A DNA stretch of 20,000 bases from an uncultured virus (IMG/VR IMGVR_UViG_3300025141_014349) (Duplodnaviria > Heunggongvirae > Uroviricota > Caudoviricetes). The notes under the pieces were generated by a model. It was not told the DNA's origin. It ran no database searches and saw only the letters and a program-made list of their open reading frames with translations. The stretch lies in the IMG/VR virus record IMGVR_UViG_3300025141_014349; one strand, written 5' to 3'. The position numbers were made by a program, and so were the translations under genes. Of the stretch, positions 1 through 8,620 are shown one piece after another; the stretch's first letter is position 1, and each line of letters starts with the position of its first letter.

Positions 1-36
1 TGATTCCTTATCCAAATGGATAGGAGAGAGATATAA

Positions 37-381
37 ATGACATCTCGGTTTGATAATAGGACAATAGTGAGGAATCAGAATGAAATGTATAAACCTCTTT
101 TGAAAAAGAGAGGCATTAAGTTTATAAATCAGTATAAAAGTGCAAGACTATCCTTTCCCACTCCGCGCGAAAGAGCGTCCCTCAAAGAAGTGGATTACGC
201 ATGGAAAGCAGGCGATAAGTATTTCAAGTTAGCACATAGATTTTACGGGGACGCTAGTTTGTGGTGGATCATTGCTTGGTATAACCACAAACCCACAGAA
301 GCAGATGTCCGCCCAGGTCAAGTAATTACTATACCATTGCCGCTAGATGCGATACTGCCTCTTTTGATGCGCCGCCGCTAA
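37..381 (+). CDS. LysM-like domain phage tail/baseplate protein (tail X / wedge-like)
   Basis: C-terminal LysM-like pattern YAWKAGDKYFKLAHRFYGDASLWWIIAWYNHKPTEADVRPGQVITIP; purine-rich AGGAGAG upstream; directly precedes a baseplate-hub-like gene, as in myovirus tail modules. Confidence 0.8.
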   Translation: MTSRFDNRTIVRNQNEMYKPLLKKRGIKFINQYKSARLSFPTPRERASLKEVDYAWKAGDKYFKLAHRFYGDASLWWIIAWYNHKPTEADVRPGQVITIPLPLDAILPLLMRRR

Positions 382-397
382 GGGGAGGGAAATTCAT

Positions 398-3049
398 ATG
401 GTTGGATTCGCCCACGAAGGATCTTTTGGAACTAAGTTTGAAGAAAGCACCGATAAAGAGAAAGGTGTTGATAAAAAACCCGCTGGTGAGATTAAGAAAA
501 AATTATCTCAATCAGAGATAGATAAGTGCATTAAGGACGCCAGGGATACAGAGGCGTGGACAACGTGTGTAACGAAGAAAGCCGACGAGTGGCTTACCTG
601 GCAATCGGGCGCAGAAGAGCATTGCGACGAAGAGAGCGCTGATAAGTGCGCAAAGGGTGTTGTTCCACGGAAAAAGAAAACTCTGAATGCTGAGAAGGTT
701 CGCAAGGAAAAGGGACAATCTGAACAAAGTTATTTATTACAAAATCTAAGTACCATTTCGAAAGACCGGCAGACATCGGACACCCCTCACGAGTCTGAGT
801 TCCCCAATTTGATTTTAGTGAAGGGCGTCGAAGGTAATCTAACTAATGTAATGTCGTGTAGTCGAAAGTTGGGACCTCTCTTGAATGCCAGTCCTCTAGA
901 ATTGTCCTCCCTCATGCCGAGTATTCGTATTTTTAAAAAATATTTGAGTCCCGGTCCTGAACACGAGGCCGACCAAATGGATGAATTTAGATTTGCGGAT
1001 TCTCTGCGGGTAGGAGATCTCACCGCACCCACCAGCATATACGGTTCGGGGGTTGGTCTCAAAAGTTTTGAGTGGAAAACAACGGGGACTGATGCATACA
1101 CAGCTCCGCGCACGCTGATGGCGACTCTCAAATTGCATTTCCAAACTATAGATGATTTACTGCCGCCAGATGCTGACCAGTGTGACTACGGTCCTAAGTG
1201 GGTAGATCTTATTATTCAAAAAGGAAGATCTCAGACTGCCAAAATCGCCAGTCAGAAATGCGACTTTGAAGAAACGCCGGCACAAAAGGAAAATAAGTGC
1301 GAAGACATAAACCCGAACTTTATGGATTACACCATAATGGTAGAGGTGGGATATGTTTATGCCTCAAACAATGAATTAAGTGATGCATTGAAAGACGCAG
1401 TTAACACTTCCCGAGTGATGCTCGCGCTGTCTCTACGCTCACATCGATTTTCTTTTCGAGACAATGGTTCTATTGACTTAGAAATTGAATACCAAGCATG
1501 GTATGAAGGAGTCACAGACACCTATAAGACTGATGTGTTTAATCTCGCCAGCAACGGAACTAATCCTATTGCTAAAAAGATCACAAAATTGGAAACTATG
1601 AAGATGCAGACACAAAAGAGCATCTCATCCCCCCAGGGACTTGCTTGCGATATAAAAGAAGCAAAATCCACCCAGAAGAGTACGGATGCTTTAGAAAAAG
1701 AAATGTCAAAAATCCAAGAGGACATTGAAAAAACGACGAAGGAAATAGATGAGCAGAAAAAAAATCTCAGGGCATCCAATTATGGTTCTTTTGTTCAATA
1801 TCTAATAAGGCAGAAGGCACTCTTTTCCATGACGGTTCGAAACTCTTGGTATGTACGTGGGCAGTTGCCCAAGAATCGAAGCACATCTAAGACATTCGAC
1901 AAGAGACCAGTGAAGAGGGGATATAGAAGAGTTTATTATTTCTTTTTGGGAGATCTTATAAACTTCATATCCAATGCGCTCCCAAACTATGGAGAATTGA
2001 CGGGATTGCCATCCAATGCAGAAGCAGTGGATAGAAATTTTGAAATAGTTCTTGGGGATATGGAATATTTAGATTGGAAAATTTTCAAAAAAGAAGTGTC
2101 CGAGGCAACAAGTTTTGCTAATTTGACACAGGAGCAAAAAAATGATATTGTTAGCACCAGTCGTAAGAATGAAAATTTAGCGTATCTTCCCATCTCTCTT
2201 GATTTGTATAGCGTATGGTTCGATAAAAATGTGAAGAATGGCAACACAGTGTGGACTTTTCACAACTATATCAATGCCCTTTTAGATCAGTTGCTCAAAG
2301 GTACACTCCAATCTCGCGCCGGCGACGAAATTGGCACCGACGCAATGCGCCTTTATAACGAGAGGAAAAGAGTAAGGCGCGGCATTTTAACGGGGAGAAA
2401 CTCTCTCTTACAAAGGGGGAGAGTGGTTTCCCAACCCAATAGTGTGGTAAATAGTTCGGGCGAAAACCGCATCTATATTGATCCCACCCTTAACAGCGGA
2501 ATCAGCACCCAATACCTTGTCCTTTCTGCTACTAGTCTTCCGTTCAGTTCTACCAACATTGACGAGGTGGCAAATATAAAAGAAGGCATTTATCACTTGA
2601 AGATAGGTACCGACGCTGGTATCGTTAAGTCTATAGATTTCAAGAGAACAGACAAGGGACACATCAGGGATTGGAACATTATGAAAGCCTACAACACTGG
2701 GGATACGAGTGTGGGCGCCATCCTCGAACCTTACAATGCCACTGTACGATTGTTTGGGTCTGCCTTCTTTCAACCTGGTCAATACGTGTATCTTAACCCT
2801 GCCACTCTAGGATCTGCCGATGCTTATACGCGGTTGTCGTTGGCGAGAAAATTGGGGTTGGGGGGATTTTATTTAATTACATCGGTTTCGACAGTAGCAG
2901 AGGAAGGTAAACTAGAGACTGTTCTAGATTGTGCATTCGAGTATTATGGGAATCTGCCTGGGGATTCGCCATTTGGGCAAGCGACTTCTACTATTTGGTC
3001 CACAGTTCCCTATCAGGATATAGAAAATCCGGAAGGAACCATAGCATAA
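398..3049 (+). CDS. Large virion protein, probable baseplate hub (gp27/GpD-like)
   Basis: 883-aa ORF with GGAGGG RBS; C-terminal YNATVRLFGSAFFQPGQYVYL...GLGGFYLITSVSTVAEEGKLETVLDC resembles the last beta-barrel of baseplate hub proteins; central coiled coil (~aa 390-460); follows the LysM gene. Confidence 0.55.
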   Translation: MVGFAHEGSFGTKFEESTDKEKGVDKKPAGEIKKKLSQSEIDKCIKDARDTEAWTTCVTKKADEWLTWQSGAEEHCDEESADKCAKGVVPRKKKTLNAEKVRKEKGQSEQSYLLQNLSTISKDRQTSDTPHESEFPNLILVKGVEGNLTNVMSCSRKLGPLLNASPLELSSLMPSIRIFKKYLSPGPEHEADQMDEFRFADSLRVGDLTAPTSIYGSGVGLKSFEWKTTGTDAYTAPRTLMATLKLHFQTIDDLLPPDADQCDYGPKWVDLIIQKGRSQTAKIASQKCDFEETPAQKENKCEDINPNFMDYTIMVEVGYVYASNNELSDALKDAVNTSRVMLALSLRSHRFSFRDNGSIDLEIEYQAWYEGVTDTYKTDVFNLASNGTNPIAKKITKLETMKMQTQKSISSPQGLACDIKEAKSTQKSTDALEKEMSKIQEDIEKTTKEIDEQKKNLRASNYGSFVQYLIRQKALFSMTVRNSWYVRGQLPKNRSTSKTFDKRPVKRGYRRVYYFFLGDLINFISNALPNYGELTGLPSNAEAVDRNFEIVLGDMEYLDWKIFKKEVSEATSFANLTQEQKNDIVSTSRKNENLAYLPISLDLYSVWFDKNVKNGNTVWTFHNYINALLDQLLKGTLQSRAGDEIGTDAMRLYNERKRVRRGILTGRNSLLQRGRVVSQPNSVVNSSGENRIYIDPTLNSGISTQYLVLSATSLPFSSTNIDEVANIKEGIYHLKIGTDAGIVKSIDFKRTDKGHIRDWNIMKAYNTGDTSVGAILEPYNATVRLFGSAFFQPGQYVYLNPATLGSADAYTRLSLARKLGLGGFYLITSVSTVAEEGKLETVLDCAFEYYGNLPGDSPFGQATSTIWSTVPYQDIENPEGTIA

Positions 3050-4276
3050 ATGAAAATTAGTTTCGGCGCCAATGATTTGCTAGCAAGCGCCTCGTTTGAT
3101 CAGCGCGTTCAATACCAAGACAATTACCCAGAGGGCATCAGAAACTATCGTGCCATAGACTATTGGTATGACGATGGGAATTATGGGAGACTCAATAGTG
3201 TCGGGGATCCAGTGTACCCTTCGGAGGCAAACCTCAAGCAACTAAGAGGAACTGGCGATAATGTATGTTATGTGTTGAATTTTGTGGCAGATGCATTTGA
3301 GGCGCTCCGTAATGCAGTGCGCTTTCAGCAGTCGAAAAATAATTTAGTCAACATTGGAGGAACTCCTTTCGAATTGGTGGCGTCAGCAGGATGGGTTAGT
3401 CTGAATGTCGCCTACACTCGCCACGCGCAGCATTTTTATGGGACTCACCTTTATCCTCATCTCTTGACGCCCACTGTTTCTGAAGATATTGTAGACTTTG
3501 ATGATTTCATTGAGGCGTTTACACAATTGGCGGACCAGGCGCTCTTGGTGACTCCGTTCACTAAGACTGAATATCTTATGAGTAAAAATTCCTCTCCGCT
3601 GATGAGCGGACTGGTGATCGAACTAAGTGACCTTTACGATCACGGAAGCGATCTAGAGAAGATAACTGATTTTATAAACAGTAATAACTTTGAAGTATAT
3701 AGAGAGATAGCGAACCTGCATGGGTTTGCAGTTGACAGGAACGCGCCCTGGAGACTCGTTGCGCTTCCAGGGTATCCTGCTATGCAGCGCTTCATGTCAA
3801 AGTATGGGGTAACTCTAAAGACGCTTTTTAAGAAGTATTATTATACTTCCTACTTTCTGGATATTCCAAGCATGAAATCCCATCTCTTTCAATATTATCA
3901 AGCGTTCACTACAGACTCTCCTGAGGTCCGCGTTCCCATTGTACGCGAGATGGGAGACAAAAAAATTAGCTTGACAAAGGTGATCCCGCGTGCTACACTG
4001 TCTCTTCAGGATTTTTTAGAAAAGTATAATAATTTATTTTGGATTCGTTTGTATGTTTATGTAAGGGCAAAGGAAACCAATCGCGATTGGAATCAATATA
4101 AGTTTGATCATATCGTGAAAGAAGCGAGTGATTTTTTTACTTATTCGACTGAGGCGGCAGCGTTTAAGTTCATCAATAAAGAGGTAAGAAGGTTCCCCTC
4201 GGACCAATTGGTCCCTTACCGTCGAGGATCCTTTAGGTTTAAAAGAAAGCGCAAATATCGTGAAGAGAATAGATAA
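3050..4276 (+). CDS. Hypothetical phage protein (408 aa, aromatic-rich, basic C-terminus)
   Basis: Long ORF starting right after the upstream stop (TAA|ATG) and overlapping the polymerase start; no recognised motif. Confidence 0.8.
   Translation: MKISFGANDLLASASFDQRVQYQDNYPEGIRNYRAIDYWYDDGNYGRLNSVGDPVYPSEANLKQLRGTGDNVCYVLNFVADAFEALRNAVRFQQSKNNLVNIGGTPFELVASAGWVSLNVAYTRHAQHFYGTHLYPHLLTPTVSEDIVDFDDFIEAFTQLADQALLVTPFTKTEYLMSKNSSPLMSGLVIELSDLYDHGSDLEKITDFINSNNFEVYREIANLHGFAVDRNAPWRLVALPGYPAMQRFMSKYGVTLKTLFKKYYYTSYFLDIPSMKSHLFQYYQAFTTDSPEVRVPIVREMGDKKISLTKVIPRATLSLQDFLEKYNNLFWIRLYVYVRAKETNRDWNQYKFDHIVKEASDFFTYSTEAAAFKFINKEVRRFPSDQLVPYRRGSFRFKRKRKYREENR
3971..3999 (+). promoter_or_regulatory. Sigma70-type promoter inside the 408-aa ORF, upstream of the polymerase gene
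   Basis: TTGACA (3971-3976), 17-nt spacer, TACACT (3994-3999), extended -10 TG at 3991-3992, A-tract upstream. Confidence 0.6.
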
Positions 4277-5459
4277 TGTTTTTACTGTTTTAGATTCAAA
4301 GAAAGAATGTTTAGGATATTATTATAGTGGCGATATAGCACCCGAGAAAACTCAAGATCAGTTTATAACATGGGATTACAAATCAGATTTTCATGAAGAT
4401 TATCTGGAGTATACTCAGTTATATGCCTTGGGCAAAACTCTTGGTGAAATATGTCCCCCCCACCTACAAGAAGAATGGGCCCGCCTCCAGAAGAAGAGAG
4501 CATCGTTTCAGAATGCACTTTGCACCGCGAAGGTGGACATGAATAGCGTCTGTGCCTATGACGTAATACCTCAGTGGTTTTTGAAGGAATACTCTCAAGT
4601 CAAGTGCGACATCATAGAATGGGTATATGAAAAAATAGAGCGCCCTTCCAATTATGATAAGATGCTTGGGCTAGAGAGACTCTTTGATGAGATAAAGTCC
4701 AATCCTCTGAGGGTTGACTTGGGGGCAATGAAAGGGGACGTGTCTTCCATGGTGGTGAGGCAAAACTTGAAGAAGTTGAGGGGGGCATCCAATTCAATAT
4801 CTTATAACCAGCACGGATCTATCACGGGTCGCCTTACTCTAGAGAGAGATAGTTTTCCTATTTTGAACCTTCCTAAGAATTTTAGAAAAATACTAAAACC
4901 AACTAATGATTTCTTTGTGGAGTTCGATTATAACGCAGCAGAACTAAGAACGCTGTTGGCGACCATGAACATCGAGCAACCGATGGAGGATATACACGAC
5001 TGGAATAGGCGCCACATCTTCAGAGATGGGTGCACCCGAGAAGAGGCGAAGAAGAGAGTCTTTGCATGGTTATACAATCCAGACTCCAAAGATGATTTGC
5101 TGAATCAATCCTATGACCGAGATGCAGTGCTCTCTAAGTATTGGGACGGCACGAAGGTGACAACTCCGTTTGGAAGGGAAATGGAAGCGGGCGAACATTA
5201 CGCTCTAAACTATATCATTCAGAGCACAACCAGCGATCTGGTTTTAGAGCAAGTGCTCAAAGTGCGCGAATTTCTTAAGGAATCCGATTCGAAAATAGTT
5301 TTTTTGATTCACGATAGTTTTGTGCTTGACATTCCCGCCGAAACGCGCTATAATATACCGGAGATCAAAAACATATTTGCGTCTAATCGCTTCGGAAAGT
5401 ATAGGGTTGGAGTAAAGGTGGGAAAAGATTTTGGTAGCATGAAGGAGATTGCTGTATGA
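4260..5459 (+). CDS. polA: Compact family A DNA polymerase (no recognisable exonuclease domains)
   Basis: GSITGRLT, motif A FDYNAAELR, DIH, motif B REEAKKRVFAWLY, TTPFGR, ALNYIIQSTTSD, motif C LIHDS; GTG start, exact start uncertain. Confidence 0.9.
   Translation: MKRIDNVFTVLDSKKECLGYYYSGDIAPEKTQDQFITWDYKSDFHEDYLEYTQLYALGKTLGEICPPHLQEEWARLQKKRASFQNALCTAKVDMNSVCAYDVIPQWFLKEYSQVKCDIIEWVYEKIERPSNYDKMLGLERLFDEIKSNPLRVDLGAMKGDVSSMVVRQNLKKLRGASNSISYNQHGSITGRLTLERDSFPILNLPKNFRKILKPTNDFFVEFDYNAAELRTLLATMNIEQPMEDIHDWNRRHIFRDGCTREEAKKRVFAWLYNPDSKDDLLNQSYDRDAVLSKYWDGTKVTTPFGREMEAGEHYALNYIIQSTTSDLVLEQVLKVREFLKESDSKIVFLIHDSFVLDIPAETRYNIPEIKNIFASNRFGKYRVGVKVGKDFGSMKEIAV
5326..5354 (+). promoter_or_regulatory. 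Perfect-consensus sigma70 promoter inside polA, upstream of the tubulin-like gene
   Basis: TTGACA (5326-5331), 17 nt, TATAAT (5349-5354); about 100 nt upstream of the ATG at 5456. Confidence 0.75.
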
Positions 5460-6301
5460 TGAATGTGGTGGGCATAGGAAAGGCGGGGTGCCGCATCGCT
5501 GGATTGCTGGATGAGTACCCTCAGTACGATGTCTATAAGATAGATGTTGGTCTGAAGAAAGCAGACCGCGTTTTCCCCATAACAAAACGGTCCTCTCCAA
5601 GCGAATATGAGGAAAAATTTTCGAAGAGGATTTTTTCAGATCTAAAAAAAATAAAAGGCAATGTTCTTCTTATAGTGGGAGGTGGGGGATCCATCTCATC
5701 CTGTACTCTTAGAGTGATGGAGGCATTGCGCCACAATACGATGGAATTGGTGTACGTCAAACCTGACCCTTCTTTTCTTACTGAATCAGGCATTATTTTA
5801 GATAAAATTGTATTCAATGTATTGCAAGAATATGCGCGCTCAGGACTTTTGGAAAAACTCTACATTGTTTCTAATGGTGAGATCGAAAAGGTTATAGGGC
5901 AAATTCCTGTTTCTCGATATTATCAAAAGATAAATGAGATAATTTCTTCCACATTGCACATGATTAACGTATATAAGAACTCAACGCCCGCACTTTCCAA
6001 CATTAAAGAGATTAGTGGCATTTCTCGGATTTCTACCATAGGCATTGGGACTTTCGAGAAGATGCGAGATCAGATGTTTTATCCTATTGATTATGTGGGC
6101 GAAAAAGTTTATTATTTTGCTATCAACAAAAAGCAACTGGATAAGGATGAAGAATTATTACCTAAGATTAAAATAAGAATAAAGCAGGAGGACTCAACGA
6201 TTAGAACTAGTTTTGGGGTGTATCCCACCCCATATGATGAAAACTATATTTATATTTTAGCAAACACCAAAATCATACAAGGAGTAAATTATGATGAGTA
6301 A
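5456..6301 (+). CDS. Divergent tubulin/FtsZ-superfamily protein (PhuZ/TubZ-like)
   Basis: N-terminal NVVGIGKAGCRIA (FtsZ VIGVGGAGxN-like loop), LLIVGGGGSISS at the position of the GGGTG[S/T]G signature, VYVKP, LYIVSN (cf. LIVIxN), N-containing helix YYQKINEIIS; AAGGAG RBS; ATGA overlap with the polA stop. Confidence 0.7.
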   Translation: MMNVVGIGKAGCRIAGLLDEYPQYDVYKIDVGLKKADRVFPITKRSSPSEYEEKFSKRIFSDLKKIKGNVLLIVGGGGSISSCTLRVMEALRHNTMELVYVKPDPSFLTESGIILDKIVFNVLQEYARSGLLEKLYIVSNGEIEKVIGQIPVSRYYQKINEIISSTLHMINVYKNSTPALSNIKEISGISRISTIGIGTFEKMRDQMFYPIDYVGEKVYYFAINKKQLDKDEELLPKIKIRIKQEDSTIRTSFGVYPTPYDENYIYILANTKIIQGVNYDE

Positions 6302-6575
6302 GATTTATACAGGAATGTTTCGTAAGAAAAATAATGATTTGAGGCATATGACTTTTGTTAAGTTAGATGATGTACCGCCACCCTTTTTGGAATCCAAGAT
6401 GAAAGGATCTGACGCAGATCGTAAAATGTCTAACGGCATGGAACTGGTATGGGATCTTGATCAGGATAACTTCCGCGTGTTCAATTGGGAATCCGTGGTT
6501 GGGCAGATTCGAGAGATTGAGATGAGCGAAGATGAAAAAAATAAGATTTTTGCGAATAAAGTCTTGACAGATTGA
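6291..6575 (+). CDS. Small SH3-fold WYL_2/DUF2693-like protein
   Basis: Pattern FRKKNNDLRHM...VWDLDQDNFRVFNW resembles the FxKxxGxxRxM...VWDxxxxxWRSF pattern of phage DUF2693/WYL_2 proteins; AAGGAG RBS. Confidence 0.6.
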   Translation: MMSKIYTGMFRKKNNDLRHMTFVKLDDVPPPFLESKMKGSDADRKMSNGMELVWDLDQDNFRVFNWESVVGQIREIEMSEDEKNKIFANKVLTD

Positions 6576-6592
6576 GTTGGGCGTGGTATGAT
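6564..6592 (+). promoter_or_regulatory. Sigma70-type promoter for ssb-tRNA-recA
   Basis: TTGACA (6564-6569), 17 nt, TATGAT (6587-6592), extended -10 TG; AAGGAG RBS follows before ATG 6622. Confidence 0.8.
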
Positions 6593-6621
6593 GTCAGCAT
6601 CGTTTATAAAGGAGAAAATTA

Positions 6622-7356
6622 ATGGCGATTGATATGAAAAAAATGCAAAGTAAATTAAATAATCTTAAGGCACGGGGTGGTGGGAATTCTTTTTGGAAAC
6701 CTACCGATGGCGTGCAAACGATTCGCATTCTTCCGACTGAAGATGCTGATCCTTTTAAGAGCTTTTATTTCCATTACAACATTGGAAAAGAAAATGGATT
6801 TCTTTGTCCAAATAATAATTTTGGCGATGATTGCCCTGTTTGTAGTTTCGTGAAGAATCTTTACCGTGAAGGTGACGATGAATCTCGGAATATGGCACGG
6901 CAATTGAACGCTAAGAGTCGTTTCTTCTCGCCCGTCTTAGTACGTGGTGAGGAGAGCGAGGGTACCCGCGTTTGGGGATACAGCAAGACTGTGTATGAAA
7001 CTTTACTTAGTTTAGTGCTTAATCCTGAATACGGGGATATCACTGATCTGGAAACCGGCGTGGATCTAGATCTTCATTATGGTAAACCGCCGGGCGGTCA
7101 ATTCCCCGTCACTAAGTTGACCCCCCGCCGCCAGTCTAGTTCACTTTGTAAGGAACTAACTGACGACCGATGCAAGGAACTTTTAGACAGTATTCCTGAC
7201 TTTAGTACCTTGTTCGAAAGGAAGACCACAGCGGATGTACAGAAAATGTTAGATGAACATCTGGCAGGTGATAACCCCGAAGGTTTCTCACGGGAAACGC
7301 AGAAGTATACTTCAGATTCGGATAAGGTGGATCAAGCATTTAGCGATCTACTTTAG
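6622..7356 (+). CDS. ssb: Single-stranded DNA-binding protein, T4 gp32-like
   Basis: FWKP...TIRILP, putative Zn ligands HY...CP...CPVC, YGDITD, acidic/hydrophobic C-terminal tail DSDKVDQAFSDLL; adjacent to RecA. Confidence 0.85.
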   Translation: MAIDMKKMQSKLNNLKARGGGNSFWKPTDGVQTIRILPTEDADPFKSFYFHYNIGKENGFLCPNNNFGDDCPVCSFVKNLYREGDDESRNMARQLNAKSRFFSPVLVRGEESEGTRVWGYSKTVYETLLSLVLNPEYGDITDLETGVDLDLHYGKPPGGQFPVTKLTPRRQSSSLCKELTDDRCKELLDSIPDFSTLFERKTTADVQKMLDEHLAGDNPEGFSRETQKYTSDSDKVDQAFSDLL

Positions 7357-7372
7357 GAACCCCTCCCACGGG

Positions 7373-7403
7373 GAGGCACAGGGTTATCAGGTGCCTCATT
7401 TTT
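7373..7403 (+). terminator. Terminator-like hairpin between ssb and tRNA-Glu
   Basis: GAGGCAC-(11 nt)-GTGCCTC followed by ATTTTT; overlaps an alternative hairpin at 7358-7385. Confidence 0.45.
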
Positions 7404-7476
7404 GTCTCCATCGTCTAATGGTTTAGGACTCTGCCCTTTCACGGCAGAAATAGAGGTTCAAATCCTCTTGGAGGCA
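7404..7476 (+). tRNA. trnE: tRNA-Glu(UUC), CCA not encoded
   Basis: Acceptor GTCTCCA/TGGAGGC, D arm GTCTAATGGTTTAGGAC, anticodon stem CTGCC/GGCAG with TTC at 7438-7440, T arm AGAGG-TTCAAAT-CCTCT, discriminator A7476. Confidence 0.93.
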
Positions 7477-7501
7477 TATTATTTACATGAAAGGGGATTC
7501 T

Positions 7502-8620
7502 ATGAAAAGACCTAAACCTAAGGCAGGTAAATTGAGCATTAGCGAAATGCGCAATTTGATCAACAAAAAGGCTGGCATGCCCGTAGCGCATGACCTTACT
7601 GCCGAGAACCCCACCGAAGTAAAAGATTGGATCCCTACGGGATCGACGTGGCTAAATGGCATTGTGTGCCGAGGAAGATCAGCGGGCATTCCTGTGGGGA
7701 AGTTGACCGAAATCGCGGGAATGGAGTCTAGTGGAAAGAGTTATATGGCGGCACAAATTGCATCTAACGCCCAGAAAATGGGAATTGATGTAATATATTT
7801 CGATGCGGAGTCCGCCATTGATCCATCTTTTCTTGAGCAAAGCGGTGTAGATTTAGCAAATATGTTATACTTGCAGGCGATCTCAGTAGAGTTTGTACTA
7901 GAAACTATAGAAGATCTCCTCAAAACGAACGACAATAAGATGTTGTTTGTTTGGGACTCTTTGGCACTTACCCCAGCGGTTAGCGATGTGGAAGGCACTT
8001 TTAATCCGAATGAGTCTGTGGCGGTTAAAGCGCGCGTACTGGCGAAAGGCATGTCTAAGTTGGTGGTCTCTTTGGCGAATGCTCAATCTACGCTCCTCGT
8101 GCTCAATCAGTTGAAAACGAACCTTCAGGTTCAGAATCCAAAGTATGCGACTGACAGCGAAAAGTATGTTTGCCCAGGCGGCAAGTCAATGGCATATGCA
8201 TATAGTTTGCGTATTTGGTTAACGGGAAGACGAGGCGCCAGCAGTTTTATTTTAGACGACAAAGGGTATCGAATTGGAAACGAAGTCAAGGCACGACTAG
8301 AGAAGTCCCGGTTTGGGACTGCGGGTCGTATATGTAATTTTAAGATCATGTGGGGAAGAGATATAGGTATCCGTGATGACGAGAGTCTCTTTGAAGCAAT
8401 CAAGAGTTCTGAGCATCTCAAAAACAGCGGACCTTGGTGGACCCTCGTTTATGCCGACGGGACGGAAGAGAAATTTCAGGTAAAAAAATGGATAGATTTC
8501 ATGCAGCGCCAAGAGTTTCGCGCGAGAGTGATGCAACTATTAGACGAAGAGGTTATTCTCAAGTTTGATAAGCGCCTGGTGGAAGCAGATCGATTTTATG
8601 AAGCGGAGGAAGAAGAGTGA
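7502..8620 (+). CDS. recA: RecA/UvsX-family recombinase
   Basis: IPTGS...GIPVGKLTEIAG, Walker A GMESSGKS, YFDAE, Walker B LFVWDS, LNQLK, PGGK; start set at ATG 7502 behind AAGGGG (ORF track starts at 7487). Confidence 0.95.
   Translation: MKRPKPKAGKLSISEMRNLINKKAGMPVAHDLTAENPTEVKDWIPTGSTWLNGIVCRGRSAGIPVGKLTEIAGMESSGKSYMAAQIASNAQKMGIDVIYFDAESAIDPSFLEQSGVDLANMLYLQAISVEFVLETIEDLLKTNDNKMLFVWDSLALTPAVSDVEGTFNPNESVAVKARVLAKGMSKLVVSLANAQSTLLVLNQLKTNLQVQNPKYATDSEKYVCPGGKSMAYAYSLRIWLTGRRGASSFILDDKGYRIGNEVKARLEKSRFGTAGRICNFKIMWGRDIGIRDDESLFEAIKSSEHLKNSGPWWTLVYADGTEEKFQVKKWIDFMQRQEFRARVMQLLDEEVILKFDKRLVEADRFYEAEEEE

Noticed and set aside
2123..2151. TTGACA-N17-TATTGT with extended TG inside the hub-like gene
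   Set aside because: Lacks the preceding C shared by the six accepted promoters and lies ~900 nt from the next gene start; may be chance, though not excluded.
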